From positions 1 through 64,000 of the forward strand of contig JAPEUD010000050.1 of the NCBI GenBank assembly GCA_026026165.1: a DNA stretch of 64,000 nucleotides. The letters are read 5' to 3'. Source of the DNA: Sarea resinae (taxonomy: Eukaryota). Within the stretch, counting starts at the first letter, position 1, and each line of letters starts with the position of its first letter. Under the pieces are notes generated by a model that was not told the origin of the DNA, did no database searches, and worked only from the letters and a program-made list of their open reading frames with translations. Made by a program: the position numbers and the translations under genes. Of the stretch, positions 1 through 11,740 are shown piece by piece.

Positions 1-21
1 CCCCCCCCCCCCCCCCCCCCC
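1..21 (+). repeat. Poly(C) tract at the window start
   Basis: 21 consecutive C. Confidence 0.95.
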
Positions 22-809
22 AAATAAAAAACGGGGGAGGGCGCCAAGAAGTTAAAATCGACTCACTTCCCATCTCGCCTGTGCCTGTGCGCTGTGTTGT
101 GTTATATTTTCCGTCTCGGTACGCACGCTTGTTTGACAGTAGCCAGAAAAAATTAGCAGCACGCTTCAGTCCCTAGGATGTTGTTGATTTTCTTTCTTCC
201 TATGCTTGTCTTCTCTGTTTTGCCTCTATTGCGCCAGTAACCTAGTAACGTATATTGATGCTTGCAGAGGCAAACAGACAGACAAACAGACAGCCCCGGG
301 GTGCTTTGACATCAATGGCGGGGATGGACATTCATGTATGCATGTATGCATGCACGCCATCTCCGATCGACGTCTTTTTCTGTTTGTCATGTATCTGTAT
401 ATGTTATTGTCAGTGTCAGTGTCGGTGTCAGTGTATGTGATTGTGACATGCCCCCCTGCCTCGCTGGCATTCGAGATACTGGTTATTCTATTCTGCTCTA
501 TTCTACTTTCCTTTGTTCTATTCTACATAATCGTGGTCTAGTCGTCAGCATCAAACTAGAAATCCCTGGCTTAGAAGGACAGAGGTGAGGAAGAGAGGAG
601 GAAGGAGAGTTGGTCGTTGTTGTTTGTGAGTGAGTGAGTAGGATGATACATAAGTATATAAGCGGAGCTGTACTATAATATACTATATCAATCCTACTGT
701 AATAGATTTCTAAATCAGAAGAACAACAAATATTCACATAGTAAAAAGACCTTTAATCTATAACCTAAACATATAGAAACCTAACCCCCCGCCTAGAAGA
801 CTAATAATG

Positions 810-814
810 CAGAC

Positions 815-845
<31 letters not shown>

Positions 846-1095
846 GAAGAGAAGAGAGAGAGAACAGACACCACAAAGGTGCACGAACTCGCTTTGCTGT
901 GGAGGGCGATCGATCATCACAGACACCGACGACAACAACAACAACAACACTAGACACAGTAGCACTGAAGCCTCTCTTTTGCTCTATCTAGAGCCAGGAC
1001 GAGCCCACCCCTGTAAAGCAAGCTGTCAAGACCCTCTCAGCCCAGCTCATCCCTATCCCTATCCCTATCCCTATCCATATCCATATCCCCATTCC
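810..1095. repeat. Microsatellite cluster: (GACA)n, (GA)n, (CAA)n, (CCCTAT)n
   Basis: Tandem short repeats visible directly in the sequence. Confidence 0.85.
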
Positions 1096-1742
1096 CCTCC
1101 GCTTTCCCTTAGGTAAACCCTCCCATCCGCCAGTCGTATCTCGTACATGGAGTAAGTACCTACCTAGGTACCTTACGTACCCGCATGTACGGAGCGACGA
1201 ACACATTCCAGACGTTCTAGCGTCGTTCTAGCGTCGGCACTAGCCGGGGTGCTCTAGCGTGCGTTCCTACCGTATCCTTCCATCACGCTTTTCCATTGTT
1301 CTGGAAGTTTTCCGCTTCCGGATCCGGGCCCAGGCCCGGCTCCGGCTCCGGGTACGGGGTCTCCGGAGGGCAGCGCTTTCCAAGCTGAGGTCCAACGTAC
1401 GGTAATTAGATGGATGGCCGATGGTGGTGATGGTGGCGGTGGTGGCGGCCATGTAATGTAATGTAACCGTGAGGTACCTACCTGGAATACCTGGAATACC
1501 TAGCGCTGCCTCGGTCGGTTGAAGAATGCTACTCGTAGGAATTGGATCTCAGGTACGCAGACGAGGGTGCTGGATCCGTATTTACTCATGAGATTCATGG
1601 ACGGAGTCCGCGTCTTACTCGCTCATACGGACTCCCATCCCCTACCGAGTACTCCGTAGAGCCCACCACGAGTCCACCTAGAGTAGACAAGGAGGCGGGC
1701 AGGGCAGGGGCACGTCAGTCATGTGTGCGCAATCTCTCGCTG

Positions 1743-1823
1743 GCTCGCTCGCTCGCTCGCCGGTAAATCTACGCCGAGCGAGCGAGCGAGCGCTACCTTA
1801 GCATGGATCTACCTTAGCATGGA
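1743..1823. repeat. 17-bp perfect inverted repeat (GCTC)4/(GAGC)4 followed by a 16-bp tandem duplication
   Basis: 1743-1759 GCTCGCTCGCTCGCTCG pairs with 1775-1791. CTACCTTAGCATGGA occurs at 1793 and 1809. Confidence 0.9.
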
Positions 1824-2757
1824 AGAATCGAAGAATTTTCTTTGACACCTGGGGAAGGTGCGCCGGCAGCAAGGGGGGTGGCATTCGGGATCGATGTGTC
1901 ATTGTGTCAAAAGGGCATTGATTGTCGGATCATCATGACTACACGTTATTGAAGAGCGGCACGTATGCGATAACTACTCTAGGTAGGTACTGCGGATGGC
2001 GTCAACGATAAAACGTTAGGAATAAAGGTACGTGGATAGGAGAGAAGAGGGATCGGCGATCTCATGGATGATTGTCTGGAGTCGCCCCTCTATTGTAGAT
2101 AGTCTCCGCTTTCGGCGGTTTCTTTCATCGATATCTTGCTGTGTAGATGGTTTCATCGTTATCATTCCGTTTTCAAGCTCGTAATTCCAAATGTGTTTGA
2201 TATGGCAGATAGCTATGACCGAAGGGAAAGCCGAAGGGTGCCAAATGTAGTGGGTTCTATATCACGAGTCTTTGCGTTCCTCGGGACACTCTTGAAGCCT
2301 TACTGTCGCTCACGGACTGGGTGGGAAACTTCCCGGCATGCTCGGTGTCTATGGGAGGAGGTCGCGATGACGTGTAGGCCAATGCTAGATGCGGCAGGGG
2401 CAATTTTGGCGGTGCTTTGAACCCAACACTTTCGTTCGACTCGCTCTACCACGTTCCGACGTCTGATATTGATGATGCACCAAAACGATGCAAGTGGCGT
2501 AAATGGTCTTACCCCCAAAACCCGACTTCTCGACTCTTAGGTGGTCGACCTTTTGACTGAGCTTGTTCAGTATCAAGCAAGAAAGGCACTACCGCATAGC
2601 GGTTGGACGACTCACAGGCCAAGGGCCACAGGTGCAAGCACAAGCACTAATCTTCGTAGGATCTCTATAAAAAAGTAGAGAAGAATATGATCATAAACAT
2701 AAAGTCGTGCCCTACTTCGCCGAACTGGTTTCTGGGGTTCAGTACAGTCTTGCGCAA

Positions 2758-3307
2758 CTAGTACCGGTATCTTGTCGAATAATCTGAAGGCGTAACGTCG
2801 TCAGTGGCACATCACCAAAAGATAGTTTGCAGCAAACCTTACCTTTCGGGCTAACAACAAGACCTCTCCCCTTCTTTGCACCTCGATAGATAGTTTCCAG
2901 GATATCAATCAGCTCCTGCTTATCTTCCAGCACCCAGTTCAATTTGTTGTTGTTACCGGTCCCGAAATCACACATCATATGCTTGTTGCGGAAGAAGAAC
3001 ATGAGCGTCATCGGATCGTACAGCTCATACATCTGCTTGAAGTCCGGGACCTGGTCGAGATCGCAGACGTAGATGACAGCGAAGTTTTTGACCCGGTCGG
3101 CGATTCGGTACAGAACTTCATCCTGGCGCATACCTAGAATCTCGTAAGCTTCCACGGATCCAATCTATATTAAGTAGGCGTTCTGCACATACAGTCAGAG
3201 TCCCAGTCGCGACCGAACCTAATGACCACTAATCTCTCCTCTTCGGTCAGAATAGCTTGATCGACGTGCCAGCCGGTGGTGAGATGAGGCAGTACAACGG
3301 AACCCAT
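2758..3307 (-). CDS. DIB1: U5 snRNP spliceosomal protein Dim1/Dib1 (thioredoxin-like, TXNL4A); 3 exons
   Basis: Spliced translation MGSVVLPHLTTGWHVDQAILTEEERLVVIRFGRDWDSDC|MRQDEVLYRIADRVKNFAVIY...GLVVSPK|DYSTRYRY*. GT-AG introns at 3192-3134 and 2842-2784. The sequence matches the highly conserved Dim1 family. Confidence 0.97.
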
Positions 3308-4139
3308 GTTAGGCTGCTGAGTATGCTTATTTCGACTGCGCGGAAGCCAAATAGAATCTTGTCTGCTGTAGAATTAGATCTATTTCCAGCGCAGTACGTT
3401 GTTCGGTGACTCTGGCTTATCGTGTGGTGGGCTGCCGTTGATGAAGCGCGGATGCCCAATAAAGTTACCCGATCAGGTTTCGCACGTGATGAGGACAGAA
3501 AACTCCATCTGGCTTCATGGTTTCCAGATTAGTTCCATCCACGATATTGATATGTTGCGGAATTGCATTTTCCTGATTGTAAAAGCGCTCTCATAGTCTA
3601 CCAACAAAGGCTGGCATCACAACCTTGCTATCATGCAGATCCGCTGAGGTCTCGTGAAGCTCCTGGCCCTATTGAAGTATTAATGGAGTATACTTCTCAA
3701 AAGAGAGGGGAGAATGGGACTTTACTGGGCGCAGAATGTGACGAGCTGATCGCAGAGAAGTCGATCCTCCTGATATCTTTTGATCCTTTGAAGGATGGAC
3801 TAAAAGGCTTCTGAGTATAAAGCTCGTGGAAGGCAGGAAAGGCAGAGTCTTGATATATACGTCTGAACTTATTACGTCTCCTTCTATTCCCCAAAAATCT
3901 ATTTCACGCTTTAAGAAGATTGTACCAGAGTTACAACTGAGTCATTGGATATTGCAGACAATTATTACAACCAATAGAGAGGCTACTCCCAGAGTCAATT
4001 GTGAACCTAGGGAAGAGATTCCTACTAGGACGATCTTGCCAAAGCCTATGATCATGTCAACGGCAGAGCTTCTAAGAGGCATCAGTAATCTCGATTAGGA
4101 GAGAAGCGCTGAAACCTTCAGTATCTTTACGAACTGCCT

Positions 4140-4337
4140 CTACAATGTCTCTATTCGGCGCTGCGATCTTGATGGTGTGGGTTGCCCCAAGAGACTGGCT
4201 TGATGGTGAAGGTGTGGCTGAAGCCCTACAATGATCGACGCCAAGCCAGCTCCAACAAGCCCAATAACCGCGACCGCATCATCTTTGGATACTTTCCGCA
4301 GCATGTGTGGTACATTCGGCATCTGTCTGGAAACCAT
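4140..4337 (-). CDS. Possible small single-pass membrane protein, 65 aa
   Basis: ATG is directly preceded by a branch/acceptor (TACTGAC...CTAG|GCT ATG), with a candidate donor GTACGT at 4471. Hydrophobic segment AVAVIGLVGAGLASIIVGL. Confidence 0.3.
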   Translation of the reverse strand: MVSRQMPNVPHMLRKVSKDDAVAVIGLVGAGLASIIVGLQPHLHHQASLLGQPTPSRSQRRIETL

Positions 4338-5635
4338 AGCCTAGCGACGTCAGTAAATTAAGCTCTTCGTCATCTTGAACCATCACAACTGAATCTTCGG
4401 ATGTGGATGCGAAATTGGACAAATGCGATTATCCAGAGGGATGGCCTCTGCTCGAAGTCCGCCCCACGTACGAGGATGTGAGGTCGAAATCTGTGCTGAT
4501 TTAGGAGTTCAGAGCAAAGAATTTTGCTTTGATATGCAGAATGCTTTTTTTCTTTCAAGAGAGGCAGGATCTACAATACCGAAAAGATAGGAGGCCTTGC
4601 CTTTGTTACCTGCTTTGTCACTTTTACTTTGAATACATCTCGGACAGCATATCCGGCACCTGTTGCCATATCAATTCCGTCAATATCATCATTGGTGGCT
4701 GGCGAGAGAGACAACCCTTATGACCACGGTCAGCAGAATACGGAGCTCTTGATCGGGCGGGGTTCTTCCACTGTAATACTAGCATGACATGGTCCCACAG
4801 CAACAATCAGCAATGTCTCTTTGAGATCCCACCCCCATGACGCAGGGGGACCACGAGTAACGATAGCTTGGACTGGAACAGGACTGTCAGATAACAGAAA
4901 AGGAAGGCAATTGGTGATTTGGCGTCAAGGGGCGACAGGATCGATACAGTGTCTTCATGCTTAAGACTCCTCTCTTGAATAGGCTCCTAGAATTGTACCA
5001 AACCTGTACTGCTTATTGTCAGTAGCATCGCTTTACCTCTGACCATCATCTCGTGGACCTCCCTATTGCGAATCATTACAGATCAGGTACCTACCTCCTT
5101 ATGTACATGTAGTCAATCATTCGAGCCGGCCAGGTGTTGATCCGGATCCACGTGATATGGTCTGAGCTTGCTGAGCTAAAACGTCGCCAAGTCCTGCAGG
5201 GTCCGTTGGGAGTTGTGAGTTGTATGATGGCGCGGGGATTGCGGGGATGTATCGCGACTTGGAAATTGACGTCTGTCAGAAAAAGCACAGTCAGAAATCT
5301 AGAATGCGCCAACGACCCCAAGTCGTAAGCAGATGCCTCTTCTATACAAGAACAGAGTGGGGCAACACGCGTATCTGCTTAGACAAGAGGCTGCGGTGAT
5401 AGTAACGCTGTGAACCTACCCCACGTTGGCTAGGTATGGTGTTGATCGCTCGCCGGCCTATATCCATGACGAAGCATGCCCCCGTCGTACGACCGACTGA
5501 TATACGCTTCTGGCCCCGCTGCCGCAAGTTGTTCAGCATATAGTCCGCAGACAATCCGAACCTCAAGTCGATTGGGTTTTTATCTTCCAGCATTGCCATC
5601 GCATCTCTAAGCACGCAGATCAAACACCGCAGACA

Positions 5636-6383
5636 ATGTCAACGTACGCCCCAGCCTCTCGTCTCCAGACCCCTTGAACCGATTTCATCTCAACTCTGAC
5701 ATGATCGTTCACCCACTGACGTCGAAGCAGACCCGAAGAGCAATATCTGGCCCTGACCAAGAAGTCGGGCCATGTCGACGTCAAGGACATCGACACCCTC
5801 TTTGCGCAACTCAAGCCTGTGACCGGCGAGCAACTCATAGGAGAGTGGACCGGCGGCGACTTCACTACGGGACACCCTGGCCACGACCAGCTAGCCGCGA
5901 TGAAGTGGGCAGGGAAGAGTTTCCGGACCTTCGACGACGTCGATCCGATCGTCGTCTACGATGATGCGGGCAAGAGGACGTTCAGCGAGCAATGGGGCCA
6001 TGCGGTGGTAAATAGTATTTCATCTTCATCCTTGACAGAAAGCTTTGAAGGGTTCTCGAGAGGATACAAATCACTGTTTTGTTTGTTCGATTCTTCGATC
6101 GCATCTAGTTCCTTTAATTTTTTTTTTTTTGTTTTTTGACGGGTCTGTCTGTTTGTCTGTCTATTTGTCTGCTCATTGGACCACCGGGCTAAAGGATCGA
6201 TGATTATAGGTGCGCGAAGTCAAATTCAACGGCCAAGTCTCGGCGGCCATGATCTACGACAAACAGCCCATCATCGACCACTTCCGCTATGTCAACGATA
6301 ATTTCATCGCCGGCATCATGGACACGAAAATGTTCCCTACCGATCACGGCGCGTACCATTTCTATCTTACGAGGATTGAGTGA
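5636..6383 (+). CDS. GXWXG / DUF4334 domain protein; 3 exons
   Basis: Spliced translation MSTPEEQYLALTKKSGHV...LIGEWTGGDFTTGHPGHDQLAAMKWAGKSF...WGHAV|VREVKFNGQVSAAMIYDKQPIIDHFRYV...HFYLTRIE*. Contains the GxWxG motif and the AMIYD..PI.DHFR motif. Confidence 0.88.
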
Positions 6384-7896
6384 CAGGAAGAAAAGAAAAG
6401 GGAGGTTGCGGAGAGAGAGGTGGGATTGGGTCGGATCGGTCCCGACGGTCACCCATCCACATAATCGTACATACATTCATAGAGACATATCACACACATA
6501 CGCGATCCGATACTCATGGACTCGGTTGTTTCTTGTCAGATTGATCCCAGAGAGGGGAAAAAACAATGACGGGTTAGATATATAGCTTTCCCTAGATCTC
6601 GTAGTTCCTGGAAACCAATGGTGGGTTCAAGTTACGAAAGAATCGTTCATTGGCTGCTGCTGCTGGTGTTGCTGCTTCGTTGAAGAAATTTTGCCCCAGC
6701 TGTACTATCATACACCTTCCTTCTGCCAGAGGGTCGATTCTCGGTAGGAGCTCTTCGTCTGGTCCTACAGTCCAGAGTGCAGAGACCAAAGCTATCTATC
6801 TACATACATGTCCGTAGTCTGTCATCTAGGAGAGAAAGGAAAATATCAAACAGCCAACCCACTTCAAAACAGGAAAAAAGTAAAACAGAAATACAAATCA
6901 CAAATGGGCCCACCGAGTATCGATCCCCTGATCGATGCCCCCTCGAAATCAGAAACGAAAGAAAATAAATAACAAGACATCCCCGTGCTGCAGCCAAAAA
7001 GGAGAAGAAGAAAGTCGGTCCATCGATAAAGATCGCCACAAGCTGGAAACACCGCTTTCTTAGTTATTACCATGATTAGCTACAGTACTCCTTAATAAAG
7101 AGGGACTTCTCAGGAAAGATAAAGATTCCATGTCACAGAGGTACTTGATTACTGGTCAGGGGAACCCCCTCTCGCAAGAAGAGAAAAAGAGGCATGAAAC
7201 CGAATTTTCCGTGCTTTTGCCGCTCAAAGCATTCAAGCGGTCTACGGGCCCGTAACGAGTAAATGGCTAGAAGGATATTTTGCTAAAGCTGATAGAAACA
7301 GATCATGAGAAAAGACGACATTTAGAGCCCGCTGAATAATGCTACTGGCGCCGCGCAGTCGGAGAGATGGTCGAATCCTGCGAAGTCCTGCGGCATAGTC
7401 TATGAGATTCGATCCCCAAGATCTCTCCACACCAGCACACTCCGTGCGCGTGTGCCAGCGGCGTCCCAAAACTAATGCGCTCTATTCCCACCATACATGG
7501 GAAGCGAAAGCCGAGAACGAAGGATCATCACTGCTGATCAGTGTATAGTACGAAATATAGCAACGCCGTAAAGAAAGTGGCTCTTCTTCGAGTGACGCAG
7601 GGGAGAGCCGATCCTAGCACTACTGCATGAGAGAGAGTACTTGGAGTGCAAAAGATACCATTCCAGGCTGTATTTGCGGACTTGTGACCCAGAAAGGCGT
7701 ATGAGTCGTAAGGTGATCTTTTCGGAACAATCATCGTGATGGATCGTCGTGCCGATCGGACTGGAAAAGGGCCAAAATCTGCAGATCTTCTGTGCGGAAC
7801 GCCCCAAAGCGGAGTTTCCGTTGCCGATCTGTCGAATGGGCGAAAGAGGAATCCATATCCGTCAAGAATGGGGCCGTGCCGCCTGTTTTCGTGTGC

Positions 7897-9850
7897 TCAT
7901 GCACGAATCTCAGAAGCTAAAGCGATCCGCTTCCCCGGACGCACTTCCAGAGCAGCGGTCTCAAGATCCCAGCCAGCCGCTAATAGCTGTGGCATGGAAT
8001 ATTCGAACGTGCTGGTGATCTGCTTTAGGGTGGTGCTTAGCAACTGAAGCATCGCCTCGGCTTCTGATATCGAAGGCCTTTTCTCTAGCACGAGAGGGCT
8101 TTGGTCATGCAAATGAGCAATTAGCAAGGCGTGCGCCCATGACTGCAGCTGCGACACTGTCTTCGCCCCTTCTTTGAGCACAATGTTGATCTTGGATCCA
8201 GCTATGTCGTACCACAGCAAGTACTCTTCGTCCTGAAAGATTTTGAGGAGATGCGTGAGTTCAATTGATGGATCTCGCAGAGAGCTAGTCGTCTCATGAC
8301 TCTTTGCAATCGACTTCAATACAGTCTCAAGACTGGCCCCAACGATGCAGTGAGCCAGTACTGGCGAGCGCATCCATCGAAGGACACCATCCCTTTCAAA
8401 AACCCACTCCTGCAACGACACCTCCTTGGGCGTCAAAATCGTCTTGTTAGCTATGAGCGTTGAGAAAACAATGTTCGCCCGCTGACGATTAAGGGTATGC
8501 ATGCTCACAGCACGAACCGCTGCATGGTTCATGGCTAGATGGATAGTCAAGAGGATGATAAGTGCCGTCCAGGTTGCTAAGGGCGATGTGAGATGGGAAA
8601 CGACAAGACTGCCAACCTAAATTAAATGAGCTGATGGGCTTCTATAGGACAAGAATGATTCCTTACAAGCATGCCCATAAGTGATATTATAGTCTCTTGA
8701 CTTGAATCTTTCTATGAGAAATTAGTCTGACTGTGCGAGGGATAAAGTGATTTAGAGCTCCTATCCCAACAGGAAATTATAAAACATCAGGGTTCTTTAG
8801 CTATTTTAGGAGGAAATGTAGGCTTATCGTATACAAAAGTAGCTAAAAATCATTTGTTTGAAGCAGATAGCAAAAAGTGCTCTCATTCGCAGGCTCCAGA
8901 GCCTCTTTTGAAGAGGGAAGAAGCTTGAGAAGGTGTGTGCAGATCTGATCTTGGGTTCGATGACACTTACCGCGTTCAACTCCCCGAGGTTCCCCCAACG
9001 TGCAAAGTGAGCACTGAGGCTCGCTTTAGAGCTTCCCGCAGCCACGCCACATAGAGCCCTCAGAATGCTGGCGATACTGAGTAGGAATACTCTGGCCGGC
9101 TTTGGTAATGCTGGAGAAAGACAGTCGAGGATCATGGCACAATCGTTGAAAACGTCGGCAGCTATTCGGTACATTTTGCATTCGGGCTCCAGTGTTGTTC
9201 CAAGCCTATCTGCGAAGAGAATTGTTGCTATTCGACCAGTGCTGTCTTGAAGGACAGACAATAAGAGAGCGGCGGTAGGTGATGCCGAAGCGTCCCCAAC
9301 ACCAACACCTAGAGCCTTGTGTCAGGAGAATCGGGTTTGAATAGCATCGATATGAAAAAATTATCTTGCCTTGCAGTACAGCCCGAGAGCAGAGTAATCC
9401 TGCTATTGAGCTGGAAAAAGCTTGTAATGAGTCCTGTTTCAATGTCTTCAGCAGGGAAACCCCTTCATACCTAGATCTTAAGCTTACATATATCTGGTAT
9501 CTTCAAAGCAAACGGACTAGATATTAGCGTCTCCCGGTATGCCATCAAGACTGAAGGAAGCTTGAGCAATTTAAATGGTCGAGCTCACTCGAGGTAGTCA
9601 TGCGTGACACTGTGCGGATACCCAGCAGGAAGGAACACGTCCAATAGCCTTCTCCATGATTTCCCGTTCCCTTTCGGTAGCTATTGTTGGGCAGTCAGAT
9701 ATATTGCAGAATAATCTTGCCATAGGGCTTGCTCACAAGCACATCAACCCTGCTCCTACCTATACCCTCGACAGAGGAGGATTCGATATAGGTAGCAGTC
9801 TTGTTCCCTGCCCCGTCAGTCTCACTTATCTCAAGCTTTGTTTTAGACAT
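7897..9850 (-). CDS. RUS1 / DUF647 family (root-UVB-sensitive-like, vitamin B6 homeostasis) membrane protein; multi-exon
   Basis: Exons give FLPAGYPHSVTHDYLE|YQIY|DSLQAFSSSIAGLLCSRAVLQG|VGVGD...GRIATILFA...ECKMYRIAADVFND...ALCGVAAGSSKASLSAHFARWGNLGELNA|KDSSQET, the typical DUF647 motifs. The model includes a 13-nt micro-exon and a GC-AG intron. Confidence 0.92.
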
Positions 9851-10257
9851 GATGGAGGTCGAAGCCGAGGACTTCATAACAGTGTCGTTCACAACAATGA
9901 GCAATGCTTTGCAATCATTTAAAATTGATTCTCACATCCCACTCATTGCGGAGCTCGCCACTCTTCTGCCTTCACATCATGGTAGGTGGTGGTGGTTGTT
10001 GATAGTAGGTAGGTAGGTAGGCTACTACATAGGTAGGTGGGCTGGAAGTCGCTTGTGCTGGGATGCGATTTCGCGATCCTGGTTCGTTTGGACACTGTGA
10101 ATTCGACCTTTTTCGCATATCGACAGAGATCCACTCATCAGGTGGACGCCGCACTCGTTCAGCAACAGATGCGCAGGAGGCTGGAGCAGCAGGTCACCGC
10201 CGAAGAACAGGGGTTTCTACCACTGCGAGAGCCCCTCTGAAGCACGCCGGAAGGAGT

Positions 10258-11178
10258 ATGCACGAGCTTCTTCTGTTCGCGCAAGTGCCTGATTCGCGCC
10301 ATGACCAGCTCTTGCAGATACTCGCCGGTGTCGCTGGCATGCCACCCCAACGCGTCATTGAAAGACATCTAATATTCAAGCCCCGTCTCACTCCAGGACA
10401 GAGGACTACGCAAGTGGGTGGAAGCCAAGGTATCCAGAATGCACAAGTGCAAGCTCTACAAGGACAACTCGGAGGTGAACTTTATCACCTGCAGCTGGTG
10501 GCCGAAGTTGATGAGGAAGAATTCCCCGGCGACGAGAGCCAGCCGAACACCACTGCCGCAGACCAAGATGAAGTTATGAAAGGCACAGAGGAGACGGCGG
10601 TGGAAAGAGGGCCCGTCAGTACGAGTAGTCAGAAGACAGAACAAGCGCAGCCGCCAGCGTTCGATTTCAACCAGCAAGCATGGACCCTGTGTTTCAGTGA
10701 CCTACCTGAGGTTGCCGGGCGAAGGCCTGTTACTTCGAGGATGATATCGAGCATCGATATCAAGGAAGGAGATGTCATAGGGTTTATGGAAGGGCTGGGC
10801 TACAAGTGAGCAAATCACCACCCATTCGATCGTTGCTAGCTGCTGAAGTCATCAAGTTTCGTTTCTGAATATGTCCTCGAAGGATATCGCGTATTTCACC
10901 ACAATTTGATACTCCTGTTAAACCGAATTCGAAAATTACCCCCCGAGTCAAACTCTACAGGCTCACCTCGAAAACATCTTCCTCCATACAACTCACTCGA
11001 CCTGCTGGACGGAAGCGGAGCATACATGCTTCAAGCGTCAGTGCGGGTGCAGGATGGAAACAAACCTGAAAGTATGACACTGGGTATCAGTGAGCTCAGG
11101 GCTTTCAAGGAGATGATGAAGGGGGTAGTGGACCTCGATGTTGCGGACAGACTCTCGCTGGATACAAGAGTCAGGTAG
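10258..11178 (+). CDS. MED18: Mediator complex subunit 18 (Srb5); 2 exons
   Basis: MHELLLFAQVP...LLQILAGVAGMPPQRVIERHLIFKP...WTLCFSDLPE...FMEGLGY|FVSEYVLEGYR...LDGSGAYMLQASVRV...DRLSLDTRVR*. Intron at about 10806-10856. Confidence 0.92.
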
Positions 11179-11740
11179 TGCAAGTGGCGAACGGGTTCTC
11201 AGAGAGCGCTCTGAGTCACGAGAGAAAGCATCTAGTATCAACCTTCCGTCCATGAACGATGGTCTAGGAACGTCTGATGGAGTGGTTGTTTCGACTTACG
11301 ATACCCAGCCAATCCGAGCTCGGATGAGCTATATAGGTAGATATCGTGAATTCAATTATGATAGATCTTTCCAATTGTCAACCATACTGTCCACGGACTG
11401 GTGGTCCAAGTTATTATAGGCCGAGTCACTCCTACCGATTGAGATTTGCTGTATTGATGACTGACAAGATCCAATGCCAATGGATGGTAGATAGAGCGGC
11501 TTGAGTAATCTTAGGCAGGTGACAGCGCGATGTTCTTATCGATAAGCGGAAACGCGCTTCGTCATTCACCGGCGGCCACATCAAGTCTTCAATTCCCGAG
11601 ATCAATAGTGGACGATCCGCTCGAGTTGATATCGAAATGAGATGCTCCCCTCCATCAGCAACACAACGAGACGTGCTATTCGTGCACCGATCCTTCTGAC
11701 TCGTTTCTCACCCACCTCTTCTCTCAGTTGACCATCTACA

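Noticed and set aside
206..588. Hydrophobic 111-aa ORF and overlapping ORFs
   Set aside because: Non-ATG start. The hydrophobicity comes from T-rich microsatellite-like sequence ((GTGTCA)n, TTCTA repeats).
2739..2842. DIB1 intron-retention frame ending ...CARLY as a cryptic peroxisomal signal
   Set aside because: The terminal tripeptide is RLY, which is not a PTS1, and the spliced form gives the conserved DYSTRYRY end.
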